Source of the DNA: Azolla caroliniana
Lineage: Eukaryota > Plantae > Polypodiophyta
Assembly: GCA_043228905.1 (NCBI GenBank)
Contig: JBHGNT010000007.1
Span: 558,001 to 622,000 of the forward strand
DNA: 64,000 bases
Direction: 5' to 3'
Shown here: in pieces, positions 1-13,889 of the stretch
Layout: each line of letters begins with the position of its first letter
How positions within the stretch are numbered: the stretch's first letter is position 1
Notes under the pieces: model-generated
Told to the model about the DNA's origin: nothing
Databases searched by the model: none
What the model saw: the letters and a program-made list of their open reading frames with translations, nothing else
Program-made: the position numbers and the translations under genes

Positions 1-46
1 TTTAACATCACATGGGCCTTAAAGCTAAGCTAGGGGCCAGGGCTCA

Positions 47-307
47 CATGCATGGTATGATGGATGGTTCCCATCCATGCATACAATTCACATATATGAT
101 ATATCATCAATCATGCATGGAACTCCTCATGCACATGTATCCATCAATCACCATATGGAGCTCCTCCCTTCCCTGTTCTGATAAATACTAGAATTCCCAT
201 GTATTACTATACATATATGATATACATATCAGAGCCTTAAGCTAGGGTTCACTTTGCAGACATTCTTCCTTCTTGCCCACAATGCCCATCATCATCATCA
301 ATGCATG
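47..307. promoter_or_regulatory. Cluster of RY (CATGCA) motifs upstream of the SCR-like gene
   Basis: CATGCA at 47, 76, 112 and 128, plus a reverse copy at about 301-307. Confidence 0.35.
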
Positions 308-586
308 GGCATCAATTGTGGCCTCCTTTTTGTTTTGTTTTGTTTTGTTTTGTTTAAATCATACGAAATCAATGTCTTCTGCTTTTTCATCATCCCTGTG
401 TTCTCTCCTCCCCCCCCCCCTGACATAAAGCAAAGCTCTTTGTGTTGAACTTATTTTTATATTTTCACCTCTCTTTTGTTTTTCATGGAGAGGGAGAGGC
501 ACACCACTTTTCCTCGTCCTTCGTAGTCATCGATATATGGATGTGACAAATCGACCTTTTACTTTGAGTATCTGATTCTAAATGCC

Positions 587-2422
587 ATGGAGGATCTAAC
601 AACACATGCACCATTTTCCTCCTCCATGGTGAATGAGATCGATCCTAACATGCCATTGCTCTCTGATCTGCTCATCTATCCATCCCCATGGAACCTTCAA
701 TTAGAACACCCCAGTAATGCCCTCGATGGCCATTACTTAAGCTTTCCTACTGCCACTTTGGAGAGGAAGCATACCATGGAAAACCCTACCACTTTCTACA
801 GCATTGCATCGCAAGAACATGACTATGGGGAGCTGCTACTGGAGCTTGAAAAATGTGAGGAATTTCCAGACCAGATTAGGCTAGAAAGTAGGAAGCGGGC
901 CTCGATTATGAGCGAGGACGGCGATGCCAGCTCCGATTATCGAGCAATGAAAATGAGCAGGGGAGCGAAAAGCTCCGGCCTCTCCGATCTCGCTCTCGAG
1001 CACGATACAAGTGCACAAATTGTGGGGCCGATCGATCACCTTTCGAGTGGATTTCTAACATATAACAGCCATCCATACGAAGATCGGGTGTTTAGTATTG
1101 TCAGTAATGCGAATGAAACACCTCTGGATACTCCATCCTCTTGTCATATGCCTCCATTGCCATCCATGGCTCAAGGATTAGGGTTCCATGTCCCCTCTAC
1201 ATCAGGCTCTTATGTGGATATTGCAGCCCGGGTATGCGATCCGACCAACGATCCATGTGTGAATGCCAATTTACCAGAGAAGGACCTAAATTCCTCCGAT
1301 AAAGAAGGCCTACAGCTTCTTTCTCTCCTCTTGCAATGTGCCGAGGCCGTGTCACAAGACGATGTAGGGGTAGCGAATTCGTTAATCCCTCTATTGAACG
1401 AGGTTTCTTCGCCCCACGGGAACCCTATCCAAAGGATAGCTGCTTATTTTACCGAAGGTATGGCCACAAGGATCATCAACACATGTTTGGGTATCTCGGC
1501 TCCCTTCCGCACCGCCCATAGCTTCCAAAATCACGCCATTTCTTCGGCATTCCAGCTTTTCAATGGAGTTTGCCCTTATGTCAAATTCTCACATTTCACT
1601 GCAAATCAAGCTATACTCGAAGCCTTCGAAGGACACCGGAGTGTCCACATCATAGATTGCGATGTAATGCAAGGGCTTCAATGGCCGGCATTGTTTCATA
1701 TCCTCGCATCTCGTCCTGATGGCCCTCCGAATGTTCGAATCACAGGCCTCGGCACATGCCTAGAAGCTTTGGATGCAACCGGCAAGAGGCTCTCGGATTT
1801 CGCCACTACTCTTCGCTTGCCGTTTGAGTTCCACGGAGTGGCGGATAAAGTAGGAAACCTTACATTAGATGCTCTCAAGGTTAGACACGGGGATGCATTA
1901 GCCATACATTGGCTCCAGCATTCGTTGTACGACGTGAGTGGGTCAGATAGCCGGACACTAGAGCTCTTTCGGGAGCTCCGGCCAAACATCGTGACGATAG
2001 TGGAGCAAGAATTGGACCATGGGGGCTCTTTTTCCCATAGGTTTGTGGAAGCTCTACACTATTATTCGGCTTTGTTCGATTCGTTAGGGGCTAGCTATGA
2101 GCTATCAAATTGCGAGGACCGATACACGATCGAGCAACAACTCCTTTCGAGCGAGATCAAGAACATTGTAGCCATTGGGGGTCCCGCACGAAGTGGCGAG
2201 GAAAAGTTCGGCAACTGGAGGGAAAAGATGAGAGAGTATGGATTCACTCAAGTGTCACTCGCGGGGAATGCCACACTCCAAGCAAACCTATTGCTTAACA
2301 TGTCTACTTGTGATAGCTATTCTCTATGTGAAGAGAGAGGGGTCTTGAAGCTTGGATGGAAACAACTTAGCCTCTATGTCGCATCGGCTTGGTCTTGTAC
2401 TAAATCCGGCCGTTGCATGTGA
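587..2422 (+). CDS. SCR: GRAS transcription factor, SCARECROW/SCL23 clade, single exon, 611 aa
   Basis: [13 protein letters not shown] (LHRI), [38 protein letters not shown], the SCR-type [36 protein letters not shown] and a C-terminal ASAW. The ORF is uninterrupted. Confidence 0.93.
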   Translation: MEDLTTHAPFSSSMVNEIDPNMPLLSDLLIYPSPWNLQLEHPSNALDGHYLSFPTATLERKHTMENPTTFYSIASQEHDYGELLLELEKCEEFPDQIRLESRKRASIMSEDGDASSDYRAMKMSRGAKSSGLSDLALEHDTSAQIVGPIDHLSSGFLTYNSHPYEDRVFSIVSNANETPLDTPSSCHMPPLPSMAQGLGFHVPSTSGSYVDIAARVCDPTNDPCVNANLPEKDLNSSDKEGLQLLSLLLQCAEAVSQDDVGVANSLIPLLNEVSSPHGNPIQRIAAYFTEGMATRIINTCLGISAPFRTAHSFQNHAISSAFQLFNGVCPYVKFSHFTANQAILEAFEGHRSVHIIDCDVMQGLQWPALFHILASRPDGPPNVRITGLGTCLEALDATGKRLSDFATTLRLPFEFHGVADKVGNLTLDALKVRHGDALAIHWLQHSLYDVSGSDSRTLELFRELRPNIVTIVEQELDHGGSFSHRFVEALHYYSALFDSLGASYELSNCEDRYTIEQQLLSSEIKNIVAIGGPARSGEEKFGNWREKMREYGFTQVSLAGNATLQANLLLNMSTCDSYSLCEERGVLKLGWKQLSLYVASAWSCTKSGRCM

Positions 2423-2610
2423 ACTGGTCCTTGTTGTTCGTTCGCCCTTCGATTCTTATCGCTCGGTCTTGTACTAAATCCAGCCATTGCATGTGAACTG
2501 GTTCTTATCGCTTGGTTCCCAATTCTTATCTTTGGCCCCCCCATCCTAACCATGTTTCCTTGTGAAGGTTTAGTGCCTATGTGAAGAGAGGGTTCTTGGA
2601 ATAAATACTT
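2387..2610 (+). repeat. Local duplications of the SCR C-terminal coding sequence in the 3' UTR
   Basis: gcttggtcttgtactaaatccggccgttgcatgtgaactgg (about 2387-2428) recurs at about 2461-2502. ctatgtgaagagagagggtcttgaa (about 2324) recurs at about 2577. Confidence 0.8.
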
Positions 2611-4199
2611 GTACTATATGTTTTGGAGCTACTCTCTTGCCCTTATGTGCATAGTGATTAATTTCCTAAGTTCAAATTATTCATCCAATATCATTCTTGT
2701 ACGTTGTGTGTCGTTTATGCTCGCAACAATTAATGATCCAATGACACTATCCACACTCGGTAGAACGAGAATCATCCTCGATTGCAATCTCCACATTCAT
2801 GGCCACAAGATGGGTTTCATAGTTCAACTTGATATACAAGGTTTGTGTCACTTAGAAAAAGACTAGGAAAACCAATAACACTTTTGCTTTACTAATTGTA
2901 TAGATTCAATAATAAAAAGAAATCTGTCACTCCATAATGTGGGGTACACAAAAAAAAAAGAGTGATTGTTGGGACAAATTTCAACACCTGCCATGTCAGT
3001 AACATGTTTTTGAAGAATAAAAACTCTAACCTAAGCCTCGAAAATTTGATCATATGTTGCATTGTCATATTATGTAGGTTGAGATAAAAAATGTGGAGAA
3101 TAATGCTTGATGATGTTGGAAAATCATTCTGTGGAGACAAGGAAGACTTAATTTATATATATCTAGGCGACAAATTTATAAGGAATTTGTGAACGTACCA
3201 CTAACATATAACAATTATAAGTGGCAAGTAGTTTTGGAAGGTACTACCAAGGGAGTAACATAAAAAAAGCCATAAAATGGCATTGTTGTTGATATGAAAA
3301 TTTGGTGAATGATGTTATGCAAATTGATGAAATGTAGCTTGATATTCAAACAAGCGCATAAGGAAGATACGAAGAGATATATTAGAGGAAGGATGGAAGC
3401 TAATAGAGATTAATATTTTTTCATGTTAATTACACAATAGAGAAGAAAGGGAAGTTAAAGGGAATGATCTTTTTTATTAGGTTAATCACAAACCTAGAGT
3501 CACCCACCACACATGACGACAATGACAATGAGGAGTCAAGGGAACAATATGAGGATTTGGTGCATATTGGATCCAAGTGCATTAATGAGTAACATTGCTT
3601 GACCCTAGTGATTGGAATGATTTCATGAGATTTTGATAATGCTATGGAGATCATAAGAAGGGTCGGTCTGAATCACAAGGTATGCGGAAATTAAGATGGT
3701 TGAATTTGTGTCAATATGGTTTTGAAATAGTGTTGACTTTGGAACATATGCATCTAGATAGTCATTTGAATAGGAGACGAATAAATCATCATTGATATCA
3801 ATGTCTAACTGCATTCAAAATCTTGCAATATGTGTCGTGAGGTGTGTTGAAAAATAACAGGTTTTCTAAGGTAGATGTTTGGTGTTATGTGGACAACAAT
3901 TGCCCTACTTTATTTTTATCTAAGGTGTCACACAACTATAGCCAAATATATATGAAAGGTTGATTTGTATATGCGATTCACCCAACTGTTGGGAAGCGGT
4001 TTTTTCTCGGAAAAAAAGAAGGTGAAGAAAGCATATTTATGTGTATATGTGGCTCTTGGGGAGATAAAGTTTGTGTATGTTATATATTGGTGAATAGTGG
4101 TTCAAAGAGATTTAAAGTGTTTCTTTGTTTCGAGATTGAGGATAAATGCCTAGAAAGTTGGTATATAAGTCTAACGAGTTGAGAATTGGAAAAAAACTA

Positions 4200-5000
4200 T
4201 TTTTTTAAAAACAAAAAACTACACCATAGTTTCCATTACCAATCCAATAAGCGTATACAAAGCATATAATGATACAATCTAGTGAAGGGTAAGATAAGAG
4301 AGAAAAGGTATATCCCCCACTATGTCATAATTGAAACCAAACTCCACCTATGGAGGAAACAACCATCGAGGGGGTACATATTGCCATCAAGACGAACAAA
4401 TCCTTCCACTTGCCTTTAAAGGATTGTTGTTTCAGAAAAATGGTATCTTCATTACCCGTGAAGGTGTCATATTGACATTTTAAAATTGAAATAAGCATAG
4501 ACCAAATTTCCTTCACACAATGAATAGGATTTTGCTTTATTTGTTGAAACACAATTGTGCATCGATCTATCCAAATATTCCATAGAACCACCTATGATAT
4601 CGTAGCCCATATTGTGGCATCCACAGTCAACCGATTTGAGCTTGAATATGGTATGTCCTTAACTTGCCTTCCCCTAGTTTGAAGGGTAAATAATATATTT
4701 TCCCTTTCATAATTATTCTTATCCACATTTACATCCATCCAAAAGACATTTCCCCATGTAAGCACATTAGGTCCATACGCAACATCAATGAGGCGCACCA
4801 TACGTTTCCAAACAGAACATGCAACCATACAATTCCATAAGTCATGTTGCATTGATTCCAAATGAAACCCACAAAAAGAACAAGTTTTGATTCCCTCTTC
4901 CTTATGCATCCATTCCAAGACTAGAAGTGCATAGTGGACACATAACCATCTAAATGTAATGATTTTGCAAGGGAAAAAAACAATATTGGCATACACAAGT
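4200..5000 (-). mobile_element. L1-type LINE 3' fragment (RT-associated zinc-binding region)
   Basis: The ORFs at 4592-4996 (CSFC...ESMQHDLWNC..A.SVW) and 4325-4591 (LWNIWIDRC..VF) resemble a LINE ORF2 C-terminus. A T-rich tail lies near 4200. Confidence 0.7.
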
Positions 5001-6412
5001 ATCTTCTATTGTCTTGTGTATTAATATTCAATCTTATTTAGCTTTTTGATTAAAGTTTATTACAATATATAGCTAGAAAATAAGTGCTTCTTTGTTTCTC
5101 AATTGATGTTATAATGTAACTTTAACATTTTAACTTTTAACAACATAGCTATCGTGGAGAAACCTCTCTTACAATATTTATCTTTGTGGTCATACATGGG
5201 CATCTATTATAATGCTAGTCACTTCACTGGTTATAACTTGAAAAGTTTCATCATATCATGATGACCTTACAACTAGAATGTAACCAAATTATTCCCCAAG
5301 CGTCCATTCCGGCATTGTGATCCAAGTGCTTATAAATACAATCAATCATACCAACCCATAGTTTCCTTATAATATACATAATGAATTGAATATGTATAAT
5401 TGTGTGATTTGTTCTTATATGTTATTGTTGAAGATGTTTTGAGGGTTAGTTGGTTATGGTTGATGTTATCATGAAAAAGGAGAAAATTACGACAACCATG
5501 TTTATGATGTCTTTGTTTAATCCTTTGAATTTTCAATACAAGTAAACTAAACTTCAGTCAAGAAACAATGTTGCATATGGTTTGTCATGTAATTGATTTG
5601 GCCTATGTCATATTGTTTGTTCATTTATGTGATAGAATGTTATTGTCCCTATTGAGTCCCATGGACTCTGATTGGAATGTTGAATTTGTACTAGAAGTCT
5701 TGCCTTGGAGTTAGTGACATAATATTAAAATACTTTCTTCTTACATTAAGTTTGAAATATGTAAGAGGAATAAATTAATAATTGGATATGTGGAGGATAA
5801 CATCTCAATTATTCCAATCAATTTATATATTTTATGATCGCAAATCAATAAAGCCAAAGTTTGAGTGTAGCTATGTGTGTAAATTAAACTTAAGGTAGAG
5901 GGTGGTTATGTCTACAAATTGCAATTTGTGGTCCTGGAGCTTGACATAGAGGGTGGCGATAGGTGTGGCCCATGAACTTGAGGTAGAGGGTGGTTACGTG
6001 TGCAAATAGCAATTGTGTGGGCCTTGAGCTCGAGTTACGAGGTTGAAATTTAAAAGTGATCAATACAAATAATCAAGAAGGGCTTAAAAGATGTCTATGA
6101 CATGTTTTGGCCACATGCAAATGTTAGAAATGTGTTGGGACTCCCAAATGCCATCAACAAAATACTGTGGATTTGATGCATGGAATTCTCCTTTAGAACA
6201 CCATTATAGCATTGTTTGTTCATCTACCATGTGAATATCCACCACCTATCAATAGGATGAACATGGTTGGGCCAGACATAGTCCACATCAAGAGCAAGTA
6301 CTACCAATAAGAATATGATAAATTGCTACACATGCTCTCAAATGAGAATATGAACCTTAAATTTGACAATGTAGCATACCATAATTTAGATGTGGTCTTT
6401 TGACAAAGCTAA

Positions 6413-6454
6413 CAAGGTTTAGGGTTTAGGCTAAACCCTAAACCCTAAACCTTG
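6413..6454. repeat. Head-to-head interstitial telomeric repeats (TTTAGGG)n/(CCCTAAA)n
   Basis: caaggtttagggtttagg...cctaaaccctaaaccttg forms an 18-bp inverted repeat. Confidence 0.85.
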
Positions 6455-7157
6455 ATTCAGTGGATATTGATGAAGCTAACATAAAATGTTCATAATGCAT
6501 GGTCTATTAAAACCCTTTTTGTACTTTCTTCGAACAATCAAAATCATTAGGCATCTCAACAACAACAAGAGGGGTATTAGAGTTTGGTGGAATTCTTGTT
6601 ACTACGATATTTGATCTCAACGATTGAAATTATCACTCTAGATGTTGTATACGACAAAACATTTTGTAGGATGGATCCTTGATGTAATGTGTGGTATGGT
6701 TTATGAAGTAGATGTAAACTCGTGAACTACTATTAAGCTCGAGCAATTTTAAATTTTTAACACTACAATTTGTCAAATAATAAGTTTAGTGATGCTTTCC
6801 ACTCTCCTAGCATTTTATATGAGACAAATTAAGTTGCCAGACTATTTCCAAATTGGTTGACTTTTGTTATAGGCTTTGTATCACGCACACGCACACACAC
6901 ACACACATATTAATATGCAATCCATTTTTAATTTCCAAGTCAAACTTTGAGCTTAGCTTTAGTGAGACTTTTCCTCATAGGATACCGACGGGATGTTGGC
7001 ATCATTCAAGTGATGGATAGCATATATAAGTAGATGTTCGAGAGGATTTTCTCACATTTGATGCTTAAGTTATAGTTTATATTTGGTAATCGCCCAAATT
7101 AATAATCAACAATCAAGAATTAGCGAAGTTGATATTGTTTCACATAATATAGATAAC

Positions 7158-8496
7158 ATGGTTTCGAAGAAGGTGGTTATATCTAGCATTGTGGGAGTCC
7201 TCGGTGGCCTGGCATTCATATTTGGAGTTGCAGGATACTTTTCAGGTGTCCAGGTATCATCATTGTAAATAAAGATGTCACATACATATTTGGAATTCTT
7301 TATAGTTTTTTTTCGATTATATCGTTTGGATTATCATGATGAATAATATGTTGAGAATTTCATTGGGTTTTGGTGGAGTGTTACATATGTAATAGTATGT
7401 TATAAGAAATCAACAATGTTTATCTATTGTGATTGAGATCAAGTGAACTCCTTGTTTGAGCGTGTCATGTCATTGTGCACATATATTCATACTACATAAT
7501 CTACCAAGTGTGTTTATTTTGACATGGATGATGATCTATATAGATAAACCCTTACAATATATTTATTAAGTGTTTGCTATATATTGATGCACACTATTGG
7601 CATGGTCTAGGATAGCTCGGATCCGTTTTTGCCTGCAACCGATCTTTCCTATTGTACGTGGTTTTCGACTCCAGCAACAGGACTTGGGATTGTTGGATGT
7701 TTCTTTATGCTTGCGGCACAAATCATTAGCAACATCGGGGGAGGTTGTGTTTGTTGTTGTATCAAGCACCCTCTCATTTCGGGTTCCAAGACTACTGCCA
7801 TTTTGTGTCTTATCCTCTCATGGTATGTAATTTTTATCCATGTTCAATATCCCTTCTCTCTCACCTCCCAAAGTGAGAAATGATCTAACTCAAAAACAAG
7901 TCTAAGAGAAGGATAATCTTGAGACAACGGCTTTAAGTTTGTGACAACATAGAAGTCCTCATGATTTAATGCTTTAGATCACGAAGATGACCACACGTGA
8001 ATAGTTACACTTTTCTCCTTGAGTGATGACTTCTATTGGGATCATGTATTTTCTCCACAAAACAAGGACTAAAACAAGAAGCGAATGCTTAAATCAACAT
8101 ATTACCCATATTTACTTATATCATGTCTTGTCATGTAGGGTATTAACCATATTGTCCTCGATATTTTTGTTCCTTGGTGGGGTGTACAACTCGGGGTCAT
8201 TACACATGCGATTGGAAGTCTACACTGATGGTATGCTTGGTTGCTACTATCCCCCCAAATGGCCGCTTGTGGCAGGTGGCATATTGAGCCTTTTTGCCAC
8301 AGGCACTGCCATTTGCTTCTACATCACTGCGAACCCCAATTCATCCTCCACCAATTACTCATTTGGACAAAGCAACAATGTCAACATCCAAATGCCTACT
8401 GCCAACTACAAACAAAGTGGCATCCCGGCCGCTGCCGGTATTGGGGTCGCCCCAGGTAGTTACCAAGCCGGTGTCCCAAGCCCCGACTATTACTAA
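7158..8496 (+). CDS. DUF1218-like (MWL/VCC/DEAL family) 4-TM membrane protein, copy A1. Exons 7158-7253, 7611-7822, 8139-8496; 221 aa
   Basis: GT-AG introns join into an open frame: MVSKKVVISSIVGVLGGLAFIFGVAG / C..STPATGLG..FMLAAQII..GGGCVCCC..TAILCLILSW / LGGVYN..C..GGILSL..ICFY. This pattern fits DUF1218. Confidence 0.85.
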
Positions 8497-10092
8497 AGTC
8501 AAAGATTGTACTTAAATGATTTGAACCTTGTACTATATAGATTTTTTATAACATTTCATCAAATTCCTTGGCCCAAGCCTTGGCTATTACTAAAGTCATA
8601 TATTGTGCTCAAATAATTTGAACCTTACTATACAGGATTTTCATAACATTACATCGAATTCCTTGTACCATATTCATTTGTAAACGAAAAATGAATGGCC
8701 ATTGAGACTTCTTGGTTGCATTTGAGGTTTAGTTGGTTATGGTTGATGTTGTCATAAAAAAAGGAGAAAACCAAACCATGTTTATAATGTCTTTGTCCAA
8801 TCCTTTGAATTTTCAATACAAGTAAACTAAACATCCATCAAGAAACAATGTTGTATATGGTTTGTCATGCAATTGATATGGCCCGTGTCATATGATTCAT
8901 GGGTGTTTGATCGTTTATATGATTGAATGTTATTCTACCTATTGAGTCCTATGGACTCCAATTGGAGTGCTGAATTCTGTACTAGAAGGCTAGCCTTGGA
9001 GTTAGTAACATAATGAGAAATATGTTCTTCTTACATTAAGTTTGAGATATGTAAGAAAAATGAAGTTATAATTAGAGATGTGGAGGATAACTTCTCAATG
9101 ATTCCAATCGGTATTTATACTTTATTATATCAATAAAGCCATAGTTTCAGTGTAGTTACACATGTTCAAATTAAACTTAGGTAGAGGGTGGCTACATGTG
9201 CAAGTTGGAATTTGTCAACCTTGAGCGTGAGGTAGAGGGTAGTGATGTCGAATACAATCATATAATGGACATATTCACATTTAATTTATCCCATTGGACA
9301 AACTAGATTAGGCTATTTCTGTAAATAGCATATGTTGGAGGCAACCTTCAAGATGTTGGAAAAACTCAACGCTCTTTTAGATGAAAATCTTTAGTGAATA
9401 CAAAGAAACAGATTGACAACACAAGACAATTGAGTCATAAGACAAGATCAACAAGAAAGGTAGAGAAAAGAAGTACACCAAGGTAGGCACAATAGTATGT
9501 AACTATATTATTCTCTTCGAGAGTTACAATAGCAACAACAAAAATGAACAACCACAAATCTGTTAAGATTTTGTCCCTCCTAATGGGAGAAGTCGGCAAT
9601 CGATTGAGAGAATCGACAGTCAAAATCTGGTCGATCGGCCTGATTGACCAGACAGAGAGACGATTTGGAGGTCGATTGTATTGGATGCATAATCCAAGTG
9701 AGAGACTAGGCCGACTAGTCGGGCCGACCGGATGGTCGATGACAAAGTCTGCCAGTTAGACCGACTGGATAGCCGACACAAGAGTCGGTTAGTTGAATCG
9801 ACTGGATTGTCGACTTGTGGGTCGTACAATCGAGTCGATCAGTCGACTAATTAATTGCTATTATTATCAAGTAATAATAACTTATTCCCATGTATAAACA
9901 TGTAGAGCTAGGGCAAACTTTATGTGTAGATGATGATAATGTGCAGTTGTAAAAAAGTGTAGACTTGTAATAGAGTGATAGAGAAGGATAGAGACAAGAG
10001 AGAGTGAGGAAGACAAAGTGTGTGAACTGGCCACCAAAACCCTAAGTGAGGATTCTCTGATTTCTGAGACTTGTAATCTGGTTTTAGCTCTT

Positions 10093-10192
10093 NNNNNNNN
10101 NNNNNNNNNNNNNNNNNNNNNNNNNNNNNNNNNNNNNNNNNNNNNNNNNNNNNNNNNNNNNNNNNNNNNNNNNNNNNNNNNNNNNNNNNNNN
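10093..10192. other. Assembly gap (100 N)
   Basis: Run of N bases. Confidence 1.
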
Positions 10193-13090
10193 AACGAAAT
10201 GTGGCACAAATTGTTGGGGTTGTACGAGAGGAAAAATGCCCTCAACAAAGCTTCTCTGATGAGAAAGATCACGGGGCTGAAGTACAGAGATGGAGAAAGC
10301 ATAGTGGTTCACATCAACACCTTCATGGGGTTAGTAAATCAGCTTGTTGTAGCAAAGTTTCCCTGAGACGACTCTCTATAGGCCCTACTACTGTTGTGTA
10401 CCTTGCCGAACAACTAGGGTTTAGGGTAAAAACAAGAAGAGAATATGTCTCTACAAGTGGTAAAAACAAGTATTCTAAATGAGGAAACAAGAAGGAAGGA
10501 CAAGGGTGTCATGTCCTAGTCGGAGGTAAATATGGCACAACATCCTAACAGAGGAAGAGGCAAGTAGAGAAGTCCCCAAAAGAGAGACATGTCTCAAGCC
10601 ATATCCAAGTCTAGAGGAAAACTCACATGCTTCTACTGTGGAAAACATGGACACTTCCAGAAGGACTGCCAACACCTTAAGAAAGACAAAGGTGCTTCGA
10701 ACGATGTCGAACCCGGAAAGATTTCTGAAGAAAAGGGCACTTCAGCCATGACTACAAGTGAAGAAGAGCTCATGTTCATTTGCAAGCAAGTGAGTGTAAA
10801 TCTTGCAAATGAAGAGTGTACATGGGTGATTGACTCTAGTGCATTTTTCCATTTAACACCCTCGAGAGAATATTTCTCATCTAACATAGATGATGACTAT
10901 GGTTGTGCAAAGATGAGAGATAATGGAGCATGCAAGATAGCCAGCATCAGAAGTGTATGTCTGACAACATCGATTGGTTGTAGATTGATCTTGAGGGATG
11001 TTCGACATGTACTCGATATCAGGCTGAATCTGATATCGACTAGAAGATTGGACAATGAAGGCTACAATGGTAGTTTTCACAACGGCATGTGGAAGTTTTG
11101 TAAAGGAAATCTCATAGTGGCCCGAGCATAGAAATAGGGGACACTGTATGTGATGCATGCCAAGTTGTGCAAGGATGAAGCAAATGTGGCAGCCGACTCA
11201 AGTGGAGAGCTATGGCATAAGAGGCTTGGTCACATGAGCGAGAAAGGTATGCATATACTGGCCAACAAGAAACTCCTTCCGGAAGTAAGAGGGATACACT
11301 TGGAGAAGTGTGTCGTTTGCCTGGTCGGAAAGCAAAACAGAGCCGCGTTTCACTCAAGAACACCAAACAGAAAAGAATGTGCACTAGAACTAGTCCACAC
11401 GAATGTATGCTACGTAGATGCTTCATCACACCGTGGTGGAAAATATTTTGTGAAATTTATTGATGAATATGGCAGGAATTCGTGGGCTTTCGTGCTAAAG
11501 TCGAAAGACCAGGTGTTGTCGGTTGTTAAGGAATTCCAGGCCAGACTCGAAAGAGTCTAGAAGAAAGTTGAAGGTTGTTTGAACCGACAATGGTGGCGAA
11601 TACAAAGGACGTCTCGAAGAGTATTGCAAGACCCAAGGCATAAGACTCGAATATATGGTGCCTAAGACCCTTGATCTGAATGGTCTTGCAAAGAGGATGA
11701 TCGAACAATAATGGAAAGGGTGAGGAGCATGGTGTCACATGCAAAGCTTCCAAAGTCGTATTGAGCTGAAGCTTAGTTGACAACAGTCTATCTGATTAAC
11801 AGGTCTCCCTTAGTGCCCTTGGAAGGTGATGTTCCACAATGTGCGTGGACATGTAAAGATGTGTCCTATCAACACTTGAAGGTGTTCGGATGCTTGGCAT
11901 ATATACATGTTACAAAGGACCAAAGGTCGAAGTTGGAAACAAGTCGAAACCATGTATATTCCTAGGATACTCAGAGGATGAATTCGGTTACAGGCTATGG
12001 GATATACTCAACAAGAAAGTTGTGAGGAGTTGAGATATAGTATTTATGGAAGAAAAGATGGTTGAAGACTGGAAATAACAGAAGTTAGAGTCGTCTTCCT
12101 AGTCAACTCCCACTACTATGGACTCAGGACTAGTCAACTCTACACAATCAACTGTTAGGAGACAACCAATTGGCACAACCGAATCTGAATTAGTTGATTC
12201 GGAGCAACCGACTAGTACATATGAGTCTAAGTCAATTGATCCATGGAGATTGATTTAGGCATACGAGTTGGAGTCGGTCGATCTTTAGAAACTGGTCGAC
12301 ATGTATGAACTCGAGCCGAGTGAAGAGTCGACAGATACATTTGAACCTTAGCTGACCATAGGAGGTGGAAGATACCCACTCAGACAAAGAAGAGCACCCT
12401 CTCGATACTCCAGTCAATATGTCCTATTGATTGATGACGGTGAGCCAAAATGTTATGAAGAAGCCAATAATGACAGATGAGCACAAGGAGAAGTGGTAGA
12501 GTGCAATGCAAGATGAAATGAACTCCTTGCATGAAAATTATACTTACGACTTGATAGAATTATCGATAGGTAAGAGAGCCCTGAGAAATAAATGGGTCTA
12601 CAAGCTGAAAAATGGGGAAGATGGCAGCTCACCCAAATACAAGGCCCGAATTTTAGTGAAGGGGTTTCAACAGAACAAGGGGGTCGATTTTGATGAGATT
12701 TTTGCACCAGTCGTAAAGATGACATCTATCCGAACTGTTTTGAGCATAACTGCCAGTATTAATTTGGAAATAGAGCAATTAGATGTCAAAACAACATTCT
12801 TGCATGGGGAATTAGACGAAGATATCTATATGCAGTAGCCCGAAGTTTTGTGGAGAAAGAAAAAGAGATTTTGGTGTGTTGGTTGAATAAAAACTTGTAT
12901 GGTTTGAAACAAGCTCCATGCCAATGGTATAAGAAGTTTGAATCCATCATCCTTGAACATGGGTTACATAAAAGACAAGCTGATCCCTGTGTGTTTGTCA
13001 AAAGGTATGATGAAGGTGATTTCTGGATTCTATTGCTATATGTGGATGGCATGTTAGTGGTCGGACAAGACATCAATAAGTTTGCGAGCT
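10193..13090 (+). mobile_element. Degenerate Ty1/Copia gag-pol (Tnt1/Tork-like), 3'-truncated
   Basis: CFYCGKHGHFQKDC knuckle, WVIDSSA protease, LWHKRLGHMSEKG, LELVHT integrase, and RT motifs QLDVKTTFLHG, LYGLKQAP and LLYVD. Many stops and frameshifts. Confidence 0.92.
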
Positions 13091-13889
13091 TGACTACTTT
13101 AAGATTCCCATGCTTTAACTACTTTAAGATTCACTTGTGAAAAATTTACCAAAATTTGCTCCATGAGAGAATCAAAGTGAGGTTGAAGCAAAAGAGAAGA
13201 GTTAAAGCATAATGGAGGCTTTTGAAGTAAGGATTTATACATGTCAATTGCATGACTACAAACCTCCAAACAAATAGGAAAGTGACTACATCTTGTAGAA
13301 CTATCATACCAAGTGATGTCGGTAAAAAAGAATCATCGTGCATCACATACATCCTATCTAACCAACTCCATGTTTGTCTATGTTGAGCAGATTGGAAGGT
13401 AAAACCTGGATCATTCCCATGAAACCATGTCCAAACATCGAACTTTAGAACCTCCATAGCCAAGAAATCCCAAGCAAGTTGCTCAGGATCATCCATGATT
13501 GAATGTTCAGATGTAAATTGAGATGCAACAACACACATGTTAAAATCACCCGTAAGTAATCCTGGATGGCCCACACATAGGGTTTGAAGGAGTGAGCCCC
13601 ATAATGCAATATGTTGAGTGGCTTGGTTAGGGGCATAAATCCCAACCACCCACACAACCATGCCAAACGAGAACCAAAAACCGACCATAAGAATCATTAT
13701 GCACCACTTGAGGATAATATTTATCGCGCATGATTAATACCACACTTGAATAATGATTATTAACATATCTTGCATAGAATGATGAATATCCACGCAAATG
13801 AACAGTTGTGGATCCTACGAACTCATGACACTTATGCTCAACTACACATACTATGAAGAAAAGCGCGGAATATTGCCCGGCCTCGACCA

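Noticed and set aside
254-448. Upstream ORF before the SCR-like gene
   Set aside because: It starts at TTG and runs through low-complexity (TTTTG)n and poly-C sequence.
2900-4200. Possible degraded TE or gene remnant
   Set aside because: No motif, terminal repeat or credible ORF could be recognised.
9590-9850. GTCGAC/CCGAC-rich repeat patch
   Set aside because: It lies in the LTR/leader region of the Copia element, and similar motifs recur at about 12120-12340, so it is ordinary TE-internal repeat.
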